A stretch of DNA of 61,091 bases, counting the filler, from Sphacelaria rigidula (Eukaryota), in assembly GCA_964200075.2 (NCBI GenBank). It is 7 parts of 7 records of this genome, joined end to end, with 100 filler letters (N's around TTAATTAATTAA, not from the genome) between each part and the next. Parts side by side here need not be neighbours in the genome. Positions count along the whole stretch, not along the records: positions 8,744 to 17,386 come from CAXNAA020010505.1; positions 17,487 to 26,128 come from CAXNAA020010506.1; 5 more parts are not named here. The stretch is one strand, 5' to 3'. This document shows, in pieces, positions 12,151 to 22,796 of the stretch. The notes beneath the pieces were generated by a model. The model searched no databases. It was not told the origin of the DNA and saw only the letters and a program-made list of their open reading frames with translations. Position numbers and translations under genes: made by a program. Positions within the stretch are counted from its first letter, which is position 1. Every line of letters begins with the position of its first letter.

Positions 12151-14522
12151 CTAGCTTACGCAGTGAGTGGCGTGTTTGACAGCGTCATCGCTAACCGACG
12201 CCAACCCAATCGGGGGTCCGCCACTGTAAAGCCAGGACGGAGCACGCCGGGCTCTCGCCGGGAAAGGGATGGGGGGGGGGGGGGGGGGGAAGTTACTCAT
12301 TTGTTGCGTGCCTTGGTCATTTGGCGGGGGGCGGGGGATCATCCAACCTGTGTTTCCCTGGGCTCGTATACCACGACCGAGAGCCCTTTTTTTGCTTTTT
12401 ATTCTTGATGATTCAGGTCTCATAGATGCACGACGGTGATGTCCCTAAGGTTTCACTGCGGAACCCAAGAATATGTCACCTGGGCTCCTGCAGAACCGCA
12501 TTGTTGCTTGATACTTGATCACGTCAGTAGAGTAGTGCGTGGCTGCACCTCGCGTTACTGTCGTCGGTTGTGACGTACGTGCTATAAACGGGGACACGCA
12601 GCGGTCACACGCGGTGTGCCCAGCACATGATCGTTGTTGTCGTCGTGTTGATACTCCGATAATGTGATACAAATCTGCATGCGGAGTACAAGTTTCTCAT
12701 CGCCGGGTCAGAATCGTGTTTTTTTCTGTTGTAGATTGGTGTGGTGTCTTGTCGGTTGAGCATGTGCGTTGTGTTCGTCAGTTAAGTTGTGCTTTGTCGT
12801 CATGCGATTGTCGCGTGGTTTCCGTGAAATGGAGTGACATCAATATATGGGCTGTTGAAATGTCTCAGGTGCAGTGGTATGCGGGGGGAAATGCATGCGG
12901 AGGGTGTCAGAGGGGAGCACGACCATGTGTTTCCTAGGCTACAGCGTCTTGGTGTTGTCCAAGTGAACATTTTTCACCCCCTTCACCATGTCTACGGTCT
13001 GCGCGGGAACTGAGCTCTGCACGTAGTAGTTTCCACACCTTGACCGGTTTTTGGCGATCGACGTGCCTGACGACAGGTTCCTGGCCAACCTGAAAACATA
13101 TACATGACACCGTACACCCCGTTAACTTTGGGCGGGTGGCCGCAAAATATCGGGAGTTTTGTTTCGGTCAGGCCTAGAATTTTCTACCGTCTGTTGTCTC
13201 ACGTATTTGCCTACATCCGTCAGGTAGTTACCCGCAAGATGGGACCATGGCCACACGGTCGGTAGTTCTCTCCATCTGCGGGATCACTGTCGCCGCCTGC
13301 GTGTGCTGTGCTTCGGCACGTGTCTGTACCTTGCCTGGCTGCACACTGATGCGCTTTGACGTCAGCCGTAAATTTGTAAGGTGTGCATTACTTTTGGGGG
13401 GTCAACACACGCTAGCTGCTGCTAACATCTCTTTTTCGTTGGTTGACTCGGCACCCGTCGCCAGCCGAGGACAATCAGTGAGTGACATGCGCGTTGTGTT
13501 TTCGACTGGCTGTGTTTTTGTTCCGCCGTGATTCATTTGCCCGTCCACTTCGAAGCTGTGGAACAGCCGTGTTATTGTGGGTAGAACCCTTCATGAGTTG
13601 TGGGTTGGGATGGCGGTGGTCGTAATGACAAAAAACACTCTCCGCTGTTGACAGAGTGTGAGAAAAAATCCCAGATCGTGTGATTCCATCTAGATTCGAA
13701 CCCACGTCCCAATCGTCAGAATGGTTTGAGGGTACTCACTGAGCCATCGGGGTGACCGGCTCGGTGAGTAGGGGGGGAAATCGTGACGTCTAACATAACC
13801 ACTGATCCTTATTTCGCTGCCCCAAAACCCCAGACAGGACGGGGACGGAAATCCCGTCACGTCGAGCGCTGAAGGTCTCCTCAAGATATCGTCCTGTGAA
13901 AAATCCTGTATCATATTGTTGGATCTATGTAGCGCTTGGGAGCCAAGCAGCGCGTGGATGCGGTAGCGAGATTATGGTCAAACAAGCTCGGCTGCTGCAA
14001 GCTCCCCATGTTTTGAAATACAAATACGGGGTTGTCCTGGATAACTGTACCTCGCGATCTCCACCAGTAGTGTGCCATATGCAGACTCCGCTCCTTGGCG
14101 TACCGTGTGTTGCCTGTTTCCGCGCTATTCTGTGCATTCACCTGTGTGGCCAACTGTAGGCGTACTTGTAGTCAACAACCGATCAATCGACGTCATCAGC
14201 TGCCCGATTCGTCCCTTCACTTGAAAGCGAGGTCTTGGCCTCACCGGTAGTCCAAGGGTGCGAATATAAATTTTAGCACCTTACGTGACAGCAACAGTTC
14301 AGTACATGAACGTTTACCGCCCTCGACTCAAGCATCGCAATTTATTCTCCGTGTGGTGGTAACCCCACGCCATCCGTCTGCTAGCTACTTAGGCATTTTA
14401 TCTCATGCAATGCTCATGTGCGATGAGGGAAACTCTCCGGGCATTTTCGACGTTGTCCTTGACCACCCACGTGTTCCCGGTGATGTTTCGCGCGGTATTG
14501 TCGTTTTCTGCTCGTCACGCAG

Positions 14523-14621
14523 ACGTGGGGACAGGCGTCATCGGCTCGCAAGGCGATTGCCCTTCATGGGTTTTTGGACAACACGGAAACCTTCGACGTC
14601 TTGGGCCCTGCCTTGGCAAAG
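14523..14621 (+). CDS. Alpha/beta hydrolase (SERHL/Abhydrolase_1-like), exon with oxyanion-hole HG motif
   Basis: Acceptor CACGCAG|. Translates to TWGQASSARKAIALHGFLDNTETFDVLGPALAK (LHGWLDN-type motif of serine hydrolase-like proteins). Not shown in this frame by the ORF track. Confidence 0.85.
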
Positions 14622-14873
14622 GCAATCAATCTTCGAGATAAAATCCACTAACCGAGGCCCTTGACAACATCCCCGAGAGTTATCGCGCGGCAAATTGCGC
14701 TCTCGGATATACACTAGGCCGGATGTACGTAGTAACCACCCCTTCACCTACGAGTTCTCAACCCTGCCACTGCTGTAGTGATTTCGACTAAAACATTAGA
14801 TTGTTTCCTTCTGTCGGCTTGATACGTTTTCAATTCCAGACCCGGCTCCCCCGCTTACCCGCACTTGTATCAG

Positions 14874-14989
14874 GAGGGCTTTGAGGTGGTGGCGATGGAC
14901 TTCCCTGGCCATGGCAAGTCGGACCATATAAACAAGGACTCTTGGTACACAGTTCTGCACTACCCTGAGTACGTGATCGGGATTGTCAG
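14874..14989 (+). CDS. Alpha/beta hydrolase, next exon
   Basis: TCAG| acceptor, AG|GTAAAT donor (phase 2). EGFEVVAMDFPGHGKSDHINKDSWYTVLHYPEYVIGIV contains the classic DxPGHGxS motif. Confidence 0.92.
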
Positions 14990-16099
14990 GTAAATCACTG
15001 CATTGATGGTGGCGCACGGTAGCAGTCTGTACGTGGGCACCAACGCAATCGTGATACCTCCGGTATCTCGCGCTGGTACGAGCTGGGCCAGCTTAAAAGC
15101 TGCTAGAACTTGCTCACACCACAGCTTCTCCAGCTTCCCGAATGAACTCGATGTATGCATATCACTGTGAAGTGTAGGCAAACCTGGTGACACACGGCAC
15201 CGCCGCTGAATGAAGAAAAAAATGAAAAAAAAATGTACTGCATAATGTATGACCTTGACAACGGACGAAAACAAAAAGAGAATCCGTCGAGATTCGAACG
15301 CATGACCTCCATAATTGGAGTCTCCCATCACTTGATTTACAGGGGTGCAGCAGGGTCACGGAAAATGTTGAACGCACGGCCCAATTCGACAACTCTTGAG
15401 CTGAAATGTTTGGAAGACCTTCTGCACCCAAGGAACTAATACTTCACGTGTCCAGCTGCAGGTTCTCATTTTTTTCCTGGAATCATGACACTCTCCTGTT
15501 TTTGCTGAAATTTCGAATGGCCATCACTTCTTTTTTTCTTTCTTTCTTTGCTGCTCACGTGACTTTCTGAATTTTAATCATTGAAAGTTGTTGTCAAAAG
15601 CTCAGCGTCCAACTCCTAATATCGCGCCGTGCGTCGCCTGAGCAAGATTCACACCTTCTCTTGGCTGGCCCAGCTCGTGTGGTTGTGTAGATGTCCCCAA
15701 CCGAATACCCTTGCATCCAGGCGGAAGTCGAGCGATGTGAGGCCTTGCCCATTTCTCCGAATTCCCACTAAGCTAGCCCGAGTTCACATTGGTGTTCCGC
15801 CCGTGGTTGCTTTTCCCTGTTTGACCAGGCAAAACCACACTCCTGCGCGGATTCTCGTGACATTAATGGGACTCTTCGTCAGGCTCGACAACAGTCATGC
15901 ACATCCATTCCTGTGGACCAGGTCTCCGTCGTGCAAGTTATACCCGCCCAAAACAACCACCCGGCCGAAACCATCCGCAAGTCATCTGTAATTCTGCGAA
16001 CCACCACTTATGGACATGGCACATCAGGAACGTAAATCACATAATTTGTGCTGTGCTTGGCTTTTTAGAGTACGCACCCCCCTCCCCCCCCCCAACCCT

Positions 16100-16145
<46 letters not shown>

Positions 16146-16159
16146 ACTACACGATTCAG

Positions 16160-16347
16160 ATCGCTCGGGTGGAACCACTTCACCTTGGTCGGACACAGCA
16201 TGGGAGGGGCAGTGGCTTCACTTATAGCAGCGAGTTTTCCAGAACTCGTGGAGCGATGCGTGTTTCTCGACATTGTGGGAGCTCACTCAGTGGAACCGGG
16301 CAATTCTCCGAAATTATTACGCCGCTGCATCGAAGCGAGCCTAAAGA
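16160..16347 (+). CDS. Alpha/beta hydrolase, nucleophile-elbow exon
   Basis: TTCAG| acceptor completes the phase-2 codon. SLGWNHFTLVGHSMGGAVASLIAASFPELVERCVFLD contains the GxSxG catalytic serine motif. Donor A|GTAAGA, phase 1. Confidence 0.93.
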
Positions 16348-16951
16348 GTAAGAGACGTAGATAGAGCAAAGCCACACTATATTTGTTCCATATTTCACCC
16401 ATATGCAGTGCCATTCTCCCAAAACCAAAAACGCAACACCGATGCTGTCGCTCTCTGTATTCTTTATCTCAATCGTAGTGCATTGTGTGACGGTCCACTG
16501 CTCTATACCCTGCTGCTCTACATTATGGGTCACCTATCGTGGCTCCTCGCAGCTACAGCGGGCGTTGTGCAGTGCTTGTAGTCGTAGACAGCGTCCCTGC
16601 ACATTATGCTCAAAGATGTATTGACAAGACCGTACAGAGACGCGTTCGGCAATGTGCAATACGCGAAGCGCAAAGTAAACCCTGCAGTACTTGAAGTCTA
16701 CCAGGCAGGTTGCGCACTCCACGTGTCGTCATCAACGGTCTCGGTCCGTGCAAGACAATGTGTCTTCTAGTCGGCGCATTCGTTTCTTCCTGCGACACGC
16801 CAATGCTACTCTCGCAGCTGTTTTGTCCCCCACACCGTATAAATTTTGTTGTCGTTTTTTTCGTCTTGTCGTGCTCGTTTGCCGTGCGTTGATGTTTTCT
16901 ACCTCCGTTGATGTTGATGCTATGTCTTTCACCCCACGCCGTCGTCCTCAG

Positions 16952-17038
16952 AAACACTCACGACCAAGGCGCCTAAAATCTACGAGTCTTTTGACGCGGC
17001 CGTTCGACAGCGTATGAAGCCCCTCGCCACGTGGGAAG
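16952..17038 (+). CDS. Alpha/beta hydrolase, cap-domain exon (gene continues beyond the contig end)
   Basis: CTCAG| acceptor in matching phase 1. Encodes TLTTKAPKIYESFDAAVRQRMKPLATWE. Donor G|GTATGT. Confidence 0.75.
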
Positions 17039-18044
17039 GTATGTATGTGCGTCCACACTTCCAGCCATACCGAGCTGAGTGTAAGCTGTAACGCGCTGTT
17101 CATGCGAATGATCTATTCAGCAAGCAAAATCCCTCAGCAAGTGATACCGTACATCTATCTACACGTTATCTGTTCTATGAACTTTTGGGGTTGTTACTCG
17201 TAAGAAGCTGGATGGCCCCGCACTAACGAAAAGGCCTCCGTCACCACGAATCATAAACCCGCGTGATCCGCTTGAGATCCAATGCCACGTTCTTCTGTGC
17301 TCTAGAGAGAAACTCCACCACAGAGCAATGCTACGGTAGGGATGCACTTTTTTCGCGAAATTATGTCTAGTTCAGGGGCTCCTAACNNNNNNNNNNNNNN
17401 NNNNNNNNNNNNNNNNNNNNNNNNNNNNNNTTAATTAATTAANNNNNNNNNNNNNNNNNNNNNNNNNNNNNNNNNNNNNNNNNNNNTCAGGAGTCGACTC
17501 ATCATACTAAAACCAAGTAATTTCCAGACGAACCATTATTTGTCCGACCCTTGGAATAGAGTCGCATACATTAGCAGCTTCGAGAAAGCAGATCGCTTCA
17601 CGCGCAACTACCGTGCAAGCGTGCTCCAGGTGTCCACCTCAGCATACTCCTCAGGTGCCTCCCTAGCACGGTTCTCAAGCATAACATATATTCGTGCGGC
17701 CGTGACGAAGAGAGCACGCTGTCAACTAATATTTGCACGCGCTCGCTAAACGAAATACCTTTTGGCAATAAACAACTTCTGCACAAAATGTGAGAACGCG
17801 CTTAGATGTGGCCTCTATACTTGACTGACAAATCTGCGTTGTACGCTTGGATTTGTATTATACAGGAGTCAACAGATAGACCCTCACCATTATTCATTAG
17901 AGACCAGTCACATCTCCGTACATGGTGTTAACGCCATCAATAAAGCAATCAACCAATGAGCAGACGAGAGTGAGCACACTCCAATATCCTACACAGCCCT
18001 ACATAGTTACCTGAAACGCAACAACAGCCCTCGGGCGGCTACCA

Positions 18045-19270
18045 TCATAGCGCTTGCACACCACCATCACGAGTAGCAGCGAAGAATCGTGTCGCAATCA
18101 AGCCAGAAAAATAGGCCTGTGAAACGCTCAACTCTGACTTCACGTTCTCCCCCCCCTCGCGTACCAGAACGCGTGCGGTAGTCATGCTACGGAAAACTTG
18201 CTCTGGGGATAGTTCACCAGTCGTACGAGTGAGCTCAGCTTTTCTTGTGGTGCTACTCTTCATAGCCTCACCCTGCTTGGACTGCCGCATTTCGCCAATG
18301 CGTGGTTGTCTTGAATACCCTCCTCCATCATTTGATTCTTGCACAGCTATCTCTAGCTTCATTTTTTTGCTGCGAATTGCCGGTTGCTCAAAACGGCGAG
18401 CTGCTGATCGGATATTTTTCTTGTCCCTGACATTCACCATCCCGTCCTGGGCGTGCTGTGAGAAGAACTCCGCCTTCCTGCTTCCCGCCAACCCAAACGA
18501 CGGTATCTTGAAGCAGCCCTCTCTACAGCACGCCTTATCCTTGACATTCACCATCCCGTTCTTGGCGTGCTGTGAGCAGAACTCCGCCTTATTGCTTCCC
18601 GCCAACCCAAACGACCGTATCCTGAAGCAGCCCTCTCTGCAGCACGTCTTACTTTTGACATTAATCGTCGAGTCCGCGGCGTGCTGTGAGCAGAACTCCG
18701 CATTTCTGCTTTCCACTGACCCAAACGACGCCATCTTGGAGCAGCCCTCTCTGCAGCACGTCCTATGCTTGACATTCACCATCCCGTTCTGGGCGTGCTG
18801 TGTGCAAAACTCCGCCCTCTTGCTTCCCGCCAACCCAAACGACGGTATCTTAAAGCAGCCCTCTCTGCAGCACGTCTTGTCCCTGACATTAACCATCTCG
18901 TCTTTCGCGTGCTGAGAACAGAACTCCGCCTTCCTGCTTCCCGTCTACCCAAACGACGCCATCTTGAAGCAGCTGTCTCTGCAGCACGTCTTCTTCCTAA
19001 CATTCACCATCCCGTCCTCGGCGTGCTGTGAGCAGAACTCCGCCTTCCTGCCTGCCAACCCAAACGACGGAATCTTGAAGCAGCCCTCTCTGCCGCACGT
19101 CTCATCCTTCACATTCACCACCCCGTCCTCGGCGTGCTGTGAGCAGAACTCCGCCTTCCTGCTTCCCACCGACCCAAACGACGGTTTCTTGAAGCAGCCC
19201 TCTTTGAAGCACGCTTTTCGCTGAACATTCGCCATCCCGTGCGGCGTGCTGTGAGCAGAAATCCACCTTT
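18045..19270 (-). pseudogene. EsV-1-7 cysteine-rich repeat protein gene, disrupted
   Basis: About 7 tandem 114-bp (38-aa) repeats CCREGCFKIPSFGLAGSRKAEFCSQHAQDGMVNVRDKT, the C-x4-C...C-x2-H EsV-1-7 motif. ORFs 18945-19235 and 18045-18896 share one frame but are split by TAG at 18945-18947, where other repeats have TTG. There is also a 2-nt deletion near 19240. Confidence 0.88.
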
Positions 19271-19439
19271 CTGCAAACGTGAGGTTTCAGCCTCGTACAG
19301 TATCCAACGACGGCCGTTCCAAATAACACTTACTGCTCAGGGTCTCCTGCGCTGCAATTTATTCCGGCGCTCCACCTGACGACAGAGATCGCCGGAGTAA
19401 AAGTAAAAGTATTATGCACCTGTGGTCAGTATCCAGTTC

Positions 19440-20350
19440 AACAGAGATGACCCTATATGTCAGCGCGGCAGGTCGACGGTATGAGCAAGCGGGCAACTTT
19501 GTCTACCTTCGTGCTGCCAGCATGGATGCGAAGGTTTCCATCGAAATCAACCGCCGCATCAGCGCGGCGTGGGCACGTCTCCGAAAGTATATTTCCCCAC
19601 TCTACGGTCATATCACACCCAGCTATCTTTGGAAGTTCGGCTGCTCAAAACAAAGGTGGCGGAAGGCCTTTCGCACGGATGTGCCACATGGACCGTACGT
19701 TCCCAGGACTTCGACAGTCTGCGCACTGCCGATCACAAGCTTTCGCTACACGTGACTGGATTCTGCAGGGAAAATCGAACGGGTTGCGAGACTCTTCCGT
19801 ACAGAGCTGTGGTCGAGATGAGCAACTGCGAACGTACCGAAGCGTCAACTGTGGTTCGCGGAGGATTTTGTCGTGAAGAAGAAAACGCGCCTTCCCGAAC
19901 GCATCACGGACTTTCAGCCGCACAAGGGCCTAAGGAGGCCGACTGTCCCCCCAAACACTTTGGGGACAACCTCCAGGAGATACCCAGGTGCACCAGGAGC
20001 TCTATCACGCATACGAGCGTGACGGGAATGGTTCGTCCATGGTGTAAAGGTCAATAATGCGCACGATTAGGTCACTGCTGCGAAGGAAAATGGCATGTTG
20101 TAGTCGAGAAAGGGGCGGAAGAGTTCGAGGACACGTGGCGACGCCAAGACAAACGAGAATTGCACCGCCGCCGCAGACGAGGGCCTGATGTGTCGTGGGC
20201 CGCCGATTGGACAACTACCCTCGCTCGCACCATAAGAGCAACAGCTGCGACGAATACAAGATGCAAAAGACCGAGCGAGTTGCCCGCTTTGCACCTGACT
20301 AGGGATGAATGAGAGAAATTGGACAAGCACGGAAACCGATGTACCCTTTT
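19440..20350 (+). mobile_element. Decayed 3' part of an RTE-like non-LTR retrotransposon (post-RT C-terminal region)
   Basis: Frameshifted peptides YEQAGNFVYL, SIEINRRISAAWARLRKY and RLLKTKVAEGLSHGCATWT match the F.YLG...EI..RI..A...LLYGCETW signature that follows the RT domain in RTE-clade LINEs. Confidence 0.85.
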
Positions 20351-21859
20351 TTTTCTACTAGTTGTTGATTTTATCTTCGGTCGGTGGTTTTGAGGTGCTC
20401 CCCGGTGTGTTTTTTGTACTTGTTCTACTGTACGGTATATGTTGAGTTTCATCACCTCTGTAGTCCCCTTCGCTGTTCCCGCCTTCTTTCCCCATCTCTC
20501 TCTCTAACTATTTTTCCGATCCATTTTGTTCCTCAGCATATGGCATTCCTGCATGCAGGTGTGACAGTTATGACGCCTGACAGCACGGCATTTCTCCGCA
20601 CTCCGGCGCACCAGGTGCCAGAATTTGATTCGTTCGTTTCTACGCCCTGTCTTTTTCTGGGTAGTTGCTGCTCATCCTCACTTTCCCGTTTCTATTTGCG
20701 GAATTTGCTTTTTTTTCCGCGGAATTTCCTCTGGGACCAGTGATTTCCTCACCCACCAGAATTTCACGTTTCCCTATCGGAATTACCGCAACCTATTTCC
20801 GTGGTACTTTTGACTTATTTCTCCTCCTTGTAACTTAACGCGCGGAACCTCCGACACCAGTGACGCGTCGAGCCGTTTAGGTTTCCCTCATGGGAATCTA
20901 ACGCACCCTATTTCCCCGGCACCAGTTACTTACTCTTCACCAGTCAATCCAACAGAACCTGTCACTCTGGTACCAATAAAGTTTTCAGTCGTTTGATCCC
21001 CCTTTCGCGCCAGTGACTACCACTCTTTATTTTGACTCGAAGGAGGCCTGAAAGTGACGCCTATTCAACAAGAGGCGGCCAAAGGACTTCAATTTCGTCA
21101 TCGGTTCCTCACTGCATAATATCCAAATCTTTGATGGACTGACCCAACAACACTCTGACCCTAACCCCAACCGTAACCCGCCGATGGATACAGATTGTAA
21201 ACACTCCGGCACCGAGAGTAACATATCGCTCTCATAGTCACAGAGTGCTTTGTCTTACGACAACAATCCAAAGCCTTCAACCGCAGGAGGTGTCCGTTTG
21301 TGGAATCGGCCTAATTCTCAGGCATTTTCAAGCAAAAATGATGCCGATTCGACAAATGAAATTAAGTCCGTCAACAAATGTACACCTCCGGTGTTGAAAG
21401 GCTCGATTTCGTCATCCCCTCTCTTCACATTATCTGGGTCTTTTGTGGACTGACTCAAATGCACTTCACCACTAACCCCGACCGTAACCCGACGAAGGCA
21501 GACAGGGAACGCTCGGGCAGCCAGGGTGTTCCATGGCTCCCCGTAGGCACAGAGTGCTTCGTCGCACGGCGTAGATACGAACCCTTCAAGAGTAGGTCAT
21601 CTGTTGAACCGACATCACCCTTAGACCGCGAGGATGGCCCATCTGGATCATGCACACTTTTTACAATGAAAATGATGTCGGTTCAGCAGATTACCGTACA
21701 CCGCGGGGGTAGTCCACCTGGATCGTGCATACTCTTTTTCAAGTGAAATTGATGCTGAATGCACAGATTACCTCCTCTCGCCTTCTAAGGGTTAACGGGA
21801 TTTTTTTCCAGGCTTTCCGACGTCTTCGGTGAAAAAACTTCCTCCCTGAAACCATCTTC

Positions 21860-22796
21860 GATGGCAGTCACCGATCTCGAATTTTACGCAGAACAGGGAA
21901 CAAGAAACCGGAGAACGTATTTTTTAACCCCGATCTGGGCCTTCTCGGGGTAATCGTCGCGCGTCACGATTTCAGAACGATTTCCCCCTGCAAAATCGGG
22001 GGAAAGCAGAGGTCCCCCCGATTTTGAGGAGGTGACGTACGTGTATTGACGTACAATGGTAACGTTTGATATTTTTGCATCCGCAGCAGAATACAATCTC
22101 GTGACAGCACAAGGCGTGCCTGCCCACGCCAGCTGCTGAAGTACCTTCGCACGAGGTTTGACAAGCGGATAGTAAGTGTTGACATCGTACCGTGCGGCGA
22201 TGGTGATATTTGATGCTGCAAGACGCTGCGGTATTAACCACCATATTGTACGGTACTGTACCGTCCTAGTCTGTTGTCGCTGTAGGGTGGTGTATGGAAC
22301 TGCACTACTGCACTATTCTCGCTCACAGTTTGTTGACTGTTGTCGCAATACCGACTGTGCCATGATGTATTATCATACGGAATTATCATGTACTGTAATG
22401 ATGGAGTGTCCTGCACTGCATTACCCTAGGGTACCACGCTACAGAGTTTTGGGACAGGAATCATCAATAACTTGAGCATAAATTTATGCTTATCAGACCG
22501 AGGAACAGATAAACGTGGTTTTACTTCTGTACCTTAATATCTTTTTCCTCTCGTTTTCCCATAATGTATCATTTGCCTGACTTTCCTACTACGGCACTAT
22601 GCTTGGAGGATTTTTCACCGCCTGCCTGCTCTTCGGCTTCATGCACAAGTACGCGATGCCACACTAATTCAGGAATTAACTGACTGTCAGCGTGCAAAAC
22701 TATTTCACAAATCAGTGATACCATAAAGCGGTCTCCCCGATTTTGAGTTCGCAAATATGAGTCTTCCCGATTTTTATCGAGATTCGTTGCCATAAA
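21860..22796. mobile_element. ~0.94-kb non-autonomous element; inverted homologue at ~46960-48095
   Basis: Collinear reverse-complement similarity along its length (e.g. CCGCCTGCCTGCTCTTCGGCTTCATGCACAA vs TTGTGCATGAAGCCGAAGAGCAGGCAGGCGG). Short TGGCA...TGCCA termini. Confidence 0.75.

Noticed and set aside
18184-18915. 243-aa plus-strand repeat ORF
   Set aside because: It is the antisense shadow of the EsV-1-7 repeats.
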